Of a stretch of 64,000 bases of DNA, positions 38,433 to 47,377 are shown in pieces (position 1 is the stretch's first letter; each line of letters opens with the position of its first letter). This DNA is from a virus (Duplodnaviria; Caudoviricetes). Below the pieces are notes generated by a model, which searched no databases, had not been told where the DNA came from, and saw nothing but the letters and a program-made list of their open reading frames with translations. The position numbers and the translations under genes were made by a program. The DNA is taken from the IMG/VR virus record IMGVR_UViG_3300021964_009400, one strand, 5' to 3'.

Positions 38433-38999
38433 ATGGGAGTAGATGTTTCGGGTAAAAACCCAATAATTCGTTCACCAAAACCAGAAACTCCAAACTGGCA
38501 AACTGCAAGTGAAGAAGAAAAAGAAAAATACTTTAAATTAGATTCAAAGTGGAATAAAGAAAATCCTGGTGATTACTTTAGAAGTAATTGGTGGGGTTGG
38601 AGACCATTATCACAATTATGTAAAACCGTAGATTCAATACATAATCTTGATATTGATTTTTCATATTGGGGTTCTAATGATGGTAGAGGTTTAGAAACTC
38701 AAGAAGAATGTACCAAACTTGCAGATGCATTAGAATCATTTATATCTAAAATTGATTTTGAAGATGATGAAGATTGGTTTGGAATTTACACAGGTTCTTG
38801 GTCAACCTTAGATGGTGGATTTGTAGATGATAAAATCACAAATAAATTAGATGAACAATATCAATGGGGTGATGTTATCAGACAATCAATTATGACTGAT
38901 AGTGGTACAGTTGTAACACCTTCACATAGAGTTTACAAAGGACATATAGATAGATTTATTTCATTCCTTAGAGAATGTGGTGGATTTGAAATTTGGTAA
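38433..38999 (+). CDS. Hypothetical acidic protein
   Basis: 188 aa; YFRSNWWGWRPL..FLRECGGFEIW. Confidence 0.75.
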   Translation: MGVDVSGKNPIIRSPKPETPNWQTASEEEKEKYFKLDSKWNKENPGDYFRSNWWGWRPLSQLCKTVDSIHNLDIDFSYWGSNDGRGLETQEECTKLADALESFISKIDFEDDEDWFGIYTGSWSTLDGGFVDDKITNKLDEQYQWGDVIRQSIMTDSGTVVTPSHRVYKGHIDRFISFLRECGGFEIW

Positions 39000-39023
39000 A
39001 TTCAAAAAAAATTCGTATATTTG
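38992..39023 (+). promoter_or_regulatory. Bacteroidota sigma70-type promoter
   Basis: TTTG (38992)-N20-TATATTTG (39016). Confidence 0.75.
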
Positions 39024-39041
39024 CAAAAAAAAATAATAAAA

Positions 39042-39179
39042 GTGGTAAAATCAGATTTAAAAGAATTAGATGGTATGTATTATGTAGGACACCTCATTGA
39101 TATAGATGGTAGTGGTTATGTAGATGAGGAAACTGCAGAACTAATCCTATTAGAATATAATGCAGGAGTTGCTGAATGA
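39042..39179 (+). CDS. Small acidic ORF not in the supplied track (45 aa)
   Basis: GTG start, MVKSDLKELDGMYYVGHLIDIDGSGYVDEETAELILLEYNAGVAE; its TGA overlaps the polA ATG (ATGA); lies directly after the promoter. Confidence 0.55.
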   Translation: MVKSDLKELDGMYYVGHLIDIDGSGYVDEETAELILLEYNAGVAE

Positions 39180-40483
39180 TAATAGTAGAAACTAATAAAG
39201 AGAAAGAACAATTTCTCGAATATTGGAATAACGAACAATCAACGATTATTCCAATTTGGGAAGATTTGGAAAGACATCCTATGAATAATGGGTTGTCCTT
39301 TCTTTATATTGCCTTTTCCCAAGAACATTTTATCTTACCGTTTAATCACAATGATTGTGAAAAATTAGAAATAGATTTATCAACCTCGAATCAAATGAAG
39401 TTTTGTTGGAATAAAAAAGGATTACTACAAGCAAAACTCAATATAACCAACCTCAAAGATGTACAATCATCTTTATTCTTTAATAAGAATGAATTATATC
39501 CTTTCTATGAGAAAATAGAGGTTCTAACGAACTTTTACCATAGATTGGGTATAAGAGATGATTTAGGTAAATCAATCCCTATAATGAAGTGGGGTGAGGT
39601 TCTACGAGAGATTGTTGGTGAATGGGGAGATATTTCTCCTTCACATCCAAATTATCTTAGAGAATTCCTTAAAGATAATACAACTTGGATTGATGATACG
39701 ATGATTCCTATCCTTTCAGATTTAGAACAAAGTGGTTTGGGGGTCGATAGGAAAAAATTTATTGATAGATGGCCTCAAAACTTAAAACACATTTACCTAC
39801 ATCCACAAGGAGATGTTGTTTATACCGAATATAATCCTTACACAATAACAAGTAGACCTTCAAACAGACATGGTGGTGTTAACTTCTCTGCTCTTAACAA
39901 AAAAGATGGTTCACGAGAATGTTTTATTCCACCCGAAGATTCTCTATTCTTACAATTTGATTACGATGCATACCATGTACGAATTATTGGTAAGTTGATT
40001 GGATATGATTTACCCGATACTTCGGTTCACCAATGGTTGGCAGACCAATATGGTTGTGATTATGATGAAAGTAAAGGAAGAACCTTTAGAATCCTTTATG
40101 GTGGTGTAAGTGATGAAGATAGAAAAATCCCATTCTTTGATAAGGTGGATAAGTTTATACAATCCTTAAATGATAAAGCACTTCAAAATGGATATATTCA
40201 AACTCCAAAAGGAAGAAAAATCCCATTAAGTTGGATTGAAAAACCCAATTCACAAAAGTTATTCAATTATTTACTACAAGCAACCGAAACCGAGTTCAAT
40301 ATCGAGGCGATGAAAAAGTTGAAAGAAAACGACCTACCCCTACCTATCCTTTACACATACGATAGTTTTTTATTTGAGTTCGATAATTCTGAGGTTGATA
40401 CTATTAAAAAGGTTAAGTCCGTCCTTGAAAGTTTTGGATTTCCTGTCAAAGCAGATTGGGGTAAGGATTACTCAAAAATCTAA
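39176..40483 (+). CDS. polA: Compact, divergent family A DNA polymerase
   Basis: TITSRPS, motif A FDYDAYHVR, motif B KGRTFRILYG, NYLLQAT, motif C TYDSFLFE. Confidence 0.75.
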   Translation: MIIVETNKEKEQFLEYWNNEQSTIIPIWEDLERHPMNNGLSFLYIAFSQEHFILPFNHNDCEKLEIDLSTSNQMKFCWNKKGLLQAKLNITNLKDVQSSLFFNKNELYPFYEKIEVLTNFYHRLGIRDDLGKSIPIMKWGEVLREIVGEWGDISPSHPNYLREFLKDNTTWIDDTMIPILSDLEQSGLGVDRKKFIDRWPQNLKHIYLHPQGDVVYTEYNPYTITSRPSNRHGGVNFSALNKKDGSRECFIPPEDSLFLQFDYDAYHVRIIGKLIGYDLPDTSVHQWLADQYGCDYDESKGRTFRILYGGVSDEDRKIPFFDKVDKFIQSLNDKALQNGYIQTPKGRKIPLSWIEKPNSQKLFNYLLQATETEFNIEAMKKLKENDLPLPILYTYDSFLFEFDNSEVDTIKKVKSVLESFGFPVKADWGKDYSKI

Positions 40484-40517
40484 TATTTATATATACATTA
40501 AAAAAAGAAGTAAAATT

Positions 40518-41129
40518 ATGAAATTATTTAAAATATTACTGCTATCACTTGTATTAGTTGGATGTGAAGCAGAAGAAATTGTTGCACAAGAAAAAAGAAC
40601 AGAAGTGATTATTGAAAACCAAGTTTTTAAAGTTTGGTACAATGAAGTAAAAGAACAACCAGAAAAATTGATTTATACATCTACTAATAGACCAAAGAAT
40701 GTAGATAGAGGTTCAATGAACTTTTACACAGAAAGTGAAGTTTATACTTCTAACAATGCAGATTACTATAATAATATATGGGATAAAGGACATCTTGCAC
40801 CAGCTGCAACTTATTCTGATTCTATGGTAAATCTAAAACAAACTTTTTCATTTTTAAATTGTGCTCTACAAGAACAAAACCTAAACAGAGGTGAGTGGAG
40901 ATTATTAGAAGAACAAGAAAGAGAATGGGATGATGAACAAAATCTTACAATCACAGTTGAATTAGTTTGGGATGAGGGATTTGAAATTCTACCGACAGGT
41001 GGTCATATTCCAACTGATATGATAAAACACATTTACTTTGAAAAAGATGGTGAATGGAGATGTTTTGAATTTGAGAATGTAAAACCAACTAAAGGTTGGG
41101 AAGAACACGAAGTAACCCATTCTCATTAA
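40518..41129 (+). CDS. Lipoprotein DNA/RNA non-specific endonuclease (NucA/EndA-type); start re-called at 40518
   Basis: MKLFKILLLSLVLVGC lipobox; WDKGHLAPAA active-site motif; TFSFLNCALQEQNLNRGEWRLLE. Confidence 0.85.
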   Translation: MKLFKILLLSLVLVGCEAEEIVAQEKRTEVIIENQVFKVWYNEVKEQPEKLIYTSTNRPKNVDRGSMNFYTESEVYTSNNADYYNNIWDKGHLAPAATYSDSMVNLKQTFSFLNCALQEQNLNRGEWRLLEEQEREWDDEQNLTITVELVWDEGFEILPTGGHIPTDMIKHIYFEKDGEWRCFEFENVKPTKGWEEHEVTHSH

Positions 41130-41156
41130 TACTTATAGTAAAGAGGAGATTTAATT

Positions 41157-41444
41157 ATGGCTTTCAACTTTCCTGATGGAGCATCAAGTGGACAAACCCA
41201 TACTGCAAGTAATGGTACGGTTTATCGTTATAATGGAACAACATGGATAGTTGATTCTGCGGCTACTACGACAACTTTTGATTCAAAATATTTAAACACA
41301 GATGGAGATGGAATCATAAGTGGTTCATCTCAATTAGATGGATTTGTAAGTTCATCTTCTACTAATATTATAGAAGTAATAACATCTGCATCTTATGCAG
41401 GAATTACACCAGTTAGTGGTACATTATATATCATACAAGGATAA
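41157..41444 (+). CDS. Small virion/fibre-associated protein
   Basis: MAFNFPDG..YRYNGTTW N-terminus and GIISGSSQL as in the fibre genes; late motif and GAGGAG. Confidence 0.7.
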   Translation: MAFNFPDGASSGQTHTASNGTVYRYNGTTWIVDSAATTTTFDSKYLNTDGDGIISGSSQLDGFVSSSSTNIIEVITSASYAGITPVSGTLYIIQG

Positions 41445-41446
41445 CA

Positions 41447-42337
41447 ATGGATAGAAGAATTAATACTGCACAAAACATTTATTTAAATAATGTTTCGGTG
41501 GATGATGTTTATTATAATAATGAACACATCTGGCCAACAGGTAGTAATACTCCTTGGTCACCAAGTTCAGATATAACAACAGTTGCTTGGATTGATGCAT
41601 CAGATTCTTCAAACTATACAACAAGTGGAGCAACTTTAACTTCGGTAACTGATAAAGCAGGAACTTATACAATGACAGTTGGTGGAACTCCAACTACTGG
41701 TAATACTCAAAATGGATTAAATGTATTTGATTTTGATGGTAATGGTGAGTATTTACAAAGTACAACTTACTCTACACAGGTATCATCAGGTAATCATTGG
41801 GCAATTGGTGTATTTAGATTTGAAGGAACAAATAGTACTCAAGATTCTATTTGGAGTTATGAAACAAATCAATCACCAAAACGAGATTATGCAATCAGTA
41901 GTGGTAACTCATCAAACTCATGGCCTGGTGAATTAGACCTCGATGGTTTAGTATTTAACAGAATTAGTACTACAATTGGTAATTTAGAATTGTGGGATGA
42001 TAAAAGTTTAACAAGAAATCAATATCACATTGTTACTTGTTGGTTCAATAAGAGTGGAAACCAAATTGGTGTTAGAGTAGATGGTTCAAATGCATTTACA
42101 CCAGTAAACGATTACGATAATTCATTATCAACAAACCAAGAATTAAGATTGATGAGAAACAGGTCATCACAAGAATTAGATGGTAAGTTAGCAGAGTTCT
42201 TTGCAGTAGCGGATATACCTGGTACAAGTGGTACTGATTTAACACATTTAATAAAAGCAGAAGGTTATCTTGCACATAAATGGGGATTAGAAAGTTCTCT
42301 ACCAAGTGACCATTTATATAAGAATTCTGCACCTTAA
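41447..42337 (+). CDS. Concanavalin-A/LamG-like lectin-fold virion protein
   Basis: WIDASD, NGLNVFDFDG, YHIVT, LDGKLAEFF..LIKAEGYLAHKWG pattern. Confidence 0.7.
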   Translation: MDRRINTAQNIYLNNVSVDDVYYNNEHIWPTGSNTPWSPSSDITTVAWIDASDSSNYTTSGATLTSVTDKAGTYTMTVGGTPTTGNTQNGLNVFDFDGNGEYLQSTTYSTQVSSGNHWAIGVFRFEGTNSTQDSIWSYETNQSPKRDYAISSGNSSNSWPGELDLDGLVFNRISTTIGNLELWDDKSLTRNQYHIVTCWFNKSGNQIGVRVDGSNAFTPVNDYDNSLSTNQELRLMRNRSSQELDGKLAEFFAVADIPGTSGTDLTHLIKAEGYLAHKWGLESSLPSDHLYKNSAP

Positions 42338-42352
42338 TATTTATAGTATAGT

Positions 42353-44464
42353 ATGGATTATAAAGAAATCATAGATAAGTTAGTAAGAGAACTCTCATAT
42401 AGAGTAGGTGTTCCTAATATACATAATAAGGAACATCAATCAATCATGTCCGAAATTCTTTCAGAATGGGGTGAGTATGAAGTAAAAGATACTATATTTG
42501 AATTCCTTACCGAAAAAGATGAAACTTATACTGCAAGAAAAAAAGATACAGGTGAAACATCAGTATTCAAATCTAAAGATGCAAGAGATAATGCAATTAA
42601 AGCAGGAACCCATGAACCCATTGATAAGAAAGATGATAAAAAGAAAACAAAAAAAGATACTCCTAAAGTAAATATTTTTGATAAAACACCTAAAAGTACT
42701 TTAGATAGAACTAATTTTGATAAAAAAGATGATAAAAAATATAAAGATAATCCAGGCGGTCCTACTCGAAAAGAAATTTATGATGATTTAAATAATGGTA
42801 ATATAGATGTTCTTTCGGAATATCAAGATGGAGTATCTATTAATAGAACGAAAAGGATTTCTGGTGCAGGTGGAAAAAAAGCAAGTGAAGGTGAATCAAA
42901 ATTCTGTGGTGCAGTAGATACTAATTTTGAAAAATGGGAGGAAGATAATAAACAAACAATAGATAGAGTACAAATTGAAATTAAAAATAGAAGTAAAACT
43001 GCTGATGAAAACAGAACAGCAATTCAGTTAGGAATGGATGTAGATAGTCCAGAATTCAATAGGTATCTAGCTAAAAGAGAAATTTGGGTTCAACAAAAGA
43101 TTGAAGAAAACAAAGAAACATTAACTTTTGTAAAAGATTTTAGTAGAAATAAAAAAACTAAAGAAAATCCCATGGGTCCATATACCGAATGGATGAATGC
43201 AGCATTTGATGGTGGAATACAAACCCAAAAACATATTAAAAAACTAGATATATTTGATTTATCTAAACCACATAAAACAATTCAATCGACCACAGAAGTT
43301 AATGAAGCAGTTCAGGCACATTTAGAAGATAATCTAAAAAATGCAAAAACTGATGAAGATAAAGCACACGCAAAAAAACAACTTAAAAATTGGAATAAAT
43401 ATAAGAGTTATCATGATACCTACATTATAGGTAAAGATAAAAAAGGTAGGACAACATATTTTGGTATATCAAATAAAAAAGGAGATTCTTTAAAAGACCC
43501 ACAAAACAATAGTACTCCTGCTAAAAGATTTAAAGCCTTAAAAGAAAGATATGGTGAAAAAGTTGCAAAAGGAGTAGCATCTTCATTAGATAAAAACATA
43601 AAACGGGTTGAAGGAGTAAAACAAAAGACTGTAAGAACTGCTAGTACTCTTGAAATTACAGATGATTTTGTAAAGATATGTGAAACATCAAAAATGGAAC
43701 CATATATTCAAAAGTTAAGAGATTTAGGTAAATTTAGAGATTATCTAAAAGCCAAAGGTTTAAATCCAGATACAATGGGTACAAAACAACTTTTAGTTGA
43801 AATGAATAATCATTCACAACAAATACTTAAAGCTGGTGGAAAGCCATCATATGGTACATATGGTAAAATTGCAATTAAGATTGGAGAATTATCACAAGTT
43901 GATAAATTTAAACAAGCAAATCCAAATATAAATTTTGATGATAGTTCTATACAAAAATCTATTGATATAAAACAAACTGAAAAAGAAACAGTTAAAGAAT
44001 CACATAAATCGTTGGTATCTGATTTGGAAGAAGTAGATAGTCCAGATGGATACCATCCAACTAAAAATAAAGATGCAGATAATGGACCTCATCAACAAGG
44101 TTATGTTAGTGGTGTATTAGATGCTTGTCACATTGATTCATATATTGATAGTGAAGATGACAATGGTATGTTAGTTCAAATGGGAATTAATACAGTTACA
44201 CCATCAATGATTAGAGAGTGTGTTGCACAACGAAGTGGATATAAAGGTGATTTTTCAACACCAGAAGGAAAAAGAAAACTTAAAGAACATTTAAGAAAAA
44301 GATGTAGAATTACACCAGGTGAATCATCTGTAAGAATTATGAATGAAGGAAAAGAAGAAGAATTATTTGATGATACTTGGAGAACTGCTGGTGAGAGTCA
44401 AAAAATAGCAACTGGCTTTGGTGAAGGTATGAGAGATTGTTTAATTACTAAAGCAGCAAAATAA
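42353..44464 (+). CDS. Large Lys/Asp-rich hypothetical protein (possible internal virion protein)
   Basis: 703 aa; late motif at 42336; no recognised domain. Confidence 0.6.
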   Translation: MDYKEIIDKLVRELSYRVGVPNIHNKEHQSIMSEILSEWGEYEVKDTIFEFLTEKDETYTARKKDTGETSVFKSKDARDNAIKAGTHEPIDKKDDKKKTKKDTPKVNIFDKTPKSTLDRTNFDKKDDKKYKDNPGGPTRKEIYDDLNNGNIDVLSEYQDGVSINRTKRISGAGGKKASEGESKFCGAVDTNFEKWEEDNKQTIDRVQIEIKNRSKTADENRTAIQLGMDVDSPEFNRYLAKREIWVQQKIEENKETLTFVKDFSRNKKTKENPMGPYTEWMNAAFDGGIQTQKHIKKLDIFDLSKPHKTIQSTTEVNEAVQAHLEDNLKNAKTDEDKAHAKKQLKNWNKYKSYHDTYIIGKDKKGRTTYFGISNKKGDSLKDPQNNSTPAKRFKALKERYGEKVAKGVASSLDKNIKRVEGVKQKTVRTASTLEITDDFVKICETSKMEPYIQKLRDLGKFRDYLKAKGLNPDTMGTKQLLVEMNNHSQQILKAGGKPSYGTYGKIAIKIGELSQVDKFKQANPNINFDDSSIQKSIDIKQTEKETVKESHKSLVSDLEEVDSPDGYHPTKNKDADNGPHQQGYVSGVLDACHIDSYIDSEDDNGMLVQMGINTVTPSMIRECVAQRSGYKGDFSTPEGKRKLKEHLRKRCRITPGESSVRIMNEGKEEELFDDTWRTAGESQKIATGFGEGMRDCLITKAAK

Positions 44465-44583
44465 TTTAAAAACAACAATAAACACTCCTATTTCGAGGTA
44501 ATGTACATAATTTACATTATTTAGTAGTTTCCAAAACCCATTTTATATTTATATAAGAAACAATAGAGAGAGATAGGATTGAT

Positions 44584-44985
44584 ATGCAAACACAGTTACT
44601 CTGTACCTTTACAAATAAAGAGGAACTTCAAAATACCCTACAACTTATTAGAGAAACATATCACATAGTTTACAATTATATTTATGTTTTACAAAATAAG
44701 GGTAACTTAGAAAACCTTTTTGTTACATATAATATAGATACTCAATATAAACCAGATAGACCATTATCTGATACTATTTTGGTACATCGTAAAAAACAAA
44801 GTAATACTTTGTACACAATTAATGCACTCAACGAGTTAGTTAAAGAAGAGAATGGTGGGGTTTTAGATAAATCTTTTTCTATTGATTGGGATAAATTCAA
44901 AAACTCAATCATCGTTACCAATGTAGAAGGCACAAAAAAGATTTCTACAAGAATCTTCGAGGTAATAGAATTTAATCAAAAATAA
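44584..44985 (+). CDS. Hypothetical protein
   Basis: 133 aa; MQTQLLCTFT..TILVHRKKQSNTLYTINALN. Confidence 0.75.
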   Translation: MQTQLLCTFTNKEELQNTLQLIRETYHIVYNYIYVLQNKGNLENLFVTYNIDTQYKPDRPLSDTILVHRKKQSNTLYTINALNELVKEENGGVLDKSFSIDWDKFKNSIIVTNVEGTKKISTRIFEVIEFNQK

Positions 44986-45107
44986 TTTAACAAAACTTTA
45001 ACACTTTTTATTTTTTTATGTCAAAAAATAATCGTACATTTATAATGTAAGTTTTTGAGTGGTTTTCAAACCCTCCATCAAAGAAACAAAAAGATGTAAA
45101 AAGATTG

Positions 45108-45128
45108 ACCCCCTCAAGGGGTTTTTTT
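45108..45128 (+). terminator. Intrinsic terminator
   Basis: ACCCC-CTCAA-GGGGT followed by a T-run. Confidence 0.65.
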
Positions 45129-45151
45129 CTACAATTAAATTAAAAATAATT

Positions 45152-45205
45152 AAAAAAAGCCATTGTAGTCTCAATTTTTTTTCGTATATTTACTATGTAA
45201 ATGAG
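45152..45205 (+). promoter_or_regulatory. Repeated promoter cassette, copy 3
   Basis: AAAAAAAGCCATTGTAGTCTCAATTTTTTTTCGTATATTTACTATGTAAATGAG. Confidence 0.8.
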
Positions 45206-45219
45206 ATAAAACTTAAAGT

Positions 45220-45528
45220 ATGAAAAGTAAATTTGAAATCTGGCTTAACAAGGTCAACGAAGAAAGAAAAAAGTATTGGGATAATAATTTCGATTATAAA
45301 CCCTACACTCCCCTTACAATATCTAAAGGTAAAAAATACATTAAACTTATCGATGAAAGTTCAGTATGGGCTTTTGTTTCTATGTGGGAAGGTGTAAATA
45401 AAGGTTCTCTTGTATGTAAGGGAGATTTATTGAAACCTGCAGGTTCGAGCTCTCCAGCTAAACATTCAAGAGGTAACATCTTTGATGGAACTGATAAATG
45501 GAATTACTATGGACCAAATTACTTATAA
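45220..45528 (+). CDS. Hypothetical early protein
   Basis: 102 aa; GKKYIKL..SVWAFV..GDLLKPAG..PAKHSRGNIF. Confidence 0.75.
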   Translation: MKSKFEIWLNKVNEERKKYWDNNFDYKPYTPLTISKGKKYIKLIDESSVWAFVSMWEGVNKGSLVCKGDLLKPAGSSSPAKHSRGNIFDGTDKWNYYGPNYL

Positions 45529-45531
45529 AAT

Positions 45532-45858
45532 ATGAAAGTACTAATTAAACCTAAAGTAACAAAACCTTGGTCAAAAGAAATGTATGATTACAATGACAAG
45601 GTTGCTGATATGATGAAAAAAGAAATCATCAATTCAATTAAAATAAACAAAAACAATTGGAACGAACTAAATGAACTTATGAGTTTGTGTGGTGGTATAA
45701 GATATGGAGAAGGCTTTTCCATAGAAGATTTATACGAAGATTGTTTATCAGAAGTAGAGAATGTTCAAAACTATTGGTTAAATGATGAATATCCTTATTG
45801 TGTATCAAAAGGATTAGTAAATGATATAGGATATAAATTTGTTGGTTATGGCAAATAG
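45532..45858 (+). CDS. Hypothetical protein
   Basis: 108-aa ORF in the same run. Confidence 0.7.
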   Translation: MKVLIKPKVTKPWSKEMYDYNDKVADMMKKEIINSIKINKNNWNELNELMSLCGGIRYGEGFSIEDLYEDCLSEVENVQNYWLNDEYPYCVSKGLVNDIGYKFVGYGK

Positions 45859-46036
45859 TTGGTATTATAGAGAAATGGGTAGTAGAGATAAGAAAGGTAA
45901 ACTTAAATACTACCAAGTAAGAGTTACAGATTACAAGATTGATGATTGTGAATGTCCAGCAAGGCAATTTCGTTCTTATTCACCTTGTAAACACATGAAA
46001 AGATTAAACGAAAAGTTATCACATTTAACAACATAA
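45848..46036 (+). CDS. SWIM-type zinc-finger protein
   Basis: DCECPARQFRSYSPCKHM (CxC-xn-CxH). Confidence 0.75.
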   Translation: MANSWYYREMGSRDKKGKLKYYQVRVTDYKIDDCECPARQFRSYSPCKHMKRLNEKLSHLTT

Positions 46037-46039
46037 ATT

Positions 46040-46297
46040 ATGAATCCATTAGAAGAGATAATAAGAACTCACTGGTTAGAAATCCTAGGGTGGATAGCTA
46101 ACCTTACTGTGGTAATACAATTTTTACAAAAAGATATGTTTAAATTAAGAGTATGGGGAATTGTAGCAGCTACACTATGGTTTGTATATGCAGTAGGAAT
46201 ATGGAGTTTACCTTTAATGAGTTTAAACATACTAATATTCGGAATACAGGCATATCAACTAAAAAAACTTAAAAATAATTTGTTTAATTCAAAATAA
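46040..46297 (+). CDS. Small membrane protein with 3 predicted TM helices
   Basis: Hydrophobic segments ILGWIANLTVVIQF, VWGIVAATLWFVYAVGI, LMSLNILIFGI. Confidence 0.75.
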   Translation: MNPLEEIIRTHWLEILGWIANLTVVIQFLQKDMFKLRVWGIVAATLWFVYAVGIWSLPLMSLNILIFGIQAYQLKKLKNNLFNSK

Positions 46298-46310
46298 ATT
46301 CGTATATTAG
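46279..46310 (+). promoter_or_regulatory. Bacteroidota sigma70-type promoter
   Basis: TTTG (46279)-N20-TATATTAG (46303), one mismatch to consensus. Confidence 0.65.
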
Positions 46311-46329
46311 CAAATATAAATTTCAAAAT

Positions 46330-46758
46330 ATGGCAGAAGCAATAAAAAAACAAAGTAAAAATCACAAATTTAACCCAATTAAAGTAGAACCTCAATATGA
46401 TGAAATTATTGCATATGATAATCCTGAAATAGTAGAGAAGATGGAAAAAGAATGGCCAGAAATGACTGCGGAATTCAAAAGAATAATGTTCACACAATAT
46501 GAATTGTTTTGTTTAAAACAATCTAACTATGGACCTGATAATATTTCAGTTGGTTCAAAATTAGAAACTGAAGAAGAAAAGAAAGTTTCATTAACTGGTC
46601 TTTGGTTTAGAATGAATGATAAGATTCAAAGATTAAAACAATTAGTTGTACTTGGTAAACAAGATAATATTGGTGAATCATGTGAAGATACATTCCAAGA
46701 TTTATCAGTATATGGAATCATTGCTCAACTCGTTTCAAGTGGTAAGTGGGCAAAATAA
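46330..46758 (+). CDS. DUF1599 / nucleotide-modification-associated domain 1 protein
   Basis: KQSNYG..GLWFRMNDKIQRL..ESCEDTFQDLSVYGII. Confidence 0.8.
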   Translation: MAEAIKKQSKNHKFNPIKVEPQYDEIIAYDNPEIVEKMEKEWPEMTAEFKRIMFTQYELFCLKQSNYGPDNISVGSKLETEEEKKVSLTGLWFRMNDKIQRLKQLVVLGKQDNIGESCEDTFQDLSVYGIIAQLVSSGKWAK

Positions 46759-46774
46759 ATTAAAAAAAAATACG

Positions 46775-46822
46775 AAAAGCCATTGTAGTCTCAATTTTTT
46801 TTCGTATATTTACATAGTAAAT
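46775..46822 (+). promoter_or_regulatory. Repeated promoter cassette, copy 4 (followed by a GTGTGA-GAGT-TCACAC hairpin at 46823-46838)
   Basis: GAAAAGCCATTGTAGTCTCAATTTTTTTTCGTATATTTACATAGTAAAT. Confidence 0.8.
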
Positions 46823-46867
46823 GTGTGAGAGTTCACACTTGATATTAAAATTTAAAAGATAAAAGAA

Positions 46868-47377
46868 ATGAAAAAAGTAAATGTTTTTAAAACTACATTC
46901 CCAAATGGAGAAACTCACTATGGCGTTAGTGAACAAGTTCACTCAATTGAATCATATTTGAGTAAAACAAAAAGTATTGCAATTACCAAATCAAAAAAAG
47001 GATTACATATTAGTAAATTTCAATTAGACTTAGTTAATTTTGAAAACGAATTGGTTATAGAATTATTATTTACATTCGATAATAGTGAAGATGCTAAAAT
47101 AAAACGAGATGAGTTAATTAAAACTGATATAAACTCGATAAATAACTTATCGGCTAACACCAAATCTAAACTTGATTACAAATTAGAACAAATCAAACTT
47201 CCAATTGAAAAAAGTAAATCAATGACATCTAAAAATGGAAATAAGATTTACTTTGTTGACCTTGGATATGCTAAATTAAAAGGTATTCTTGATAAAATCA
47301 ACATAAATTCAAAACACCCATTGTTACCAAACTTTGTAATGGTAAACGAGGGTTCATATAAAGTAGTTAGAGCGTAA
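46868..47377 (+). CDS. Hypothetical protein with a weak GIY-YIG-like N-terminus
   Basis: VNVFKTTFPNGETHYGVS resembles the YxIxxxxNGxxYIG pattern, but the catalytic residues are not clearly kept. Confidence 0.5.
   Translation: MKKVNVFKTTFPNGETHYGVSEQVHSIESYLSKTKSIAITKSKKGLHISKFQLDLVNFENELVIELLFTFDNSEDAKIKRDELIKTDINSINNLSANTKSKLDYKLEQIKLPIEKSKSMTSKNGNKIYFVDLGYAKLKGILDKININSKHPLLPNFVMVNEGSYKVVRA

Noticed and set aside
40374-40517. Supplied N-terminal extension of the nuclease ORF
   Set aside because: It overlaps polA, and the ATG at 40518 gives a clean lipoprotein signal peptide
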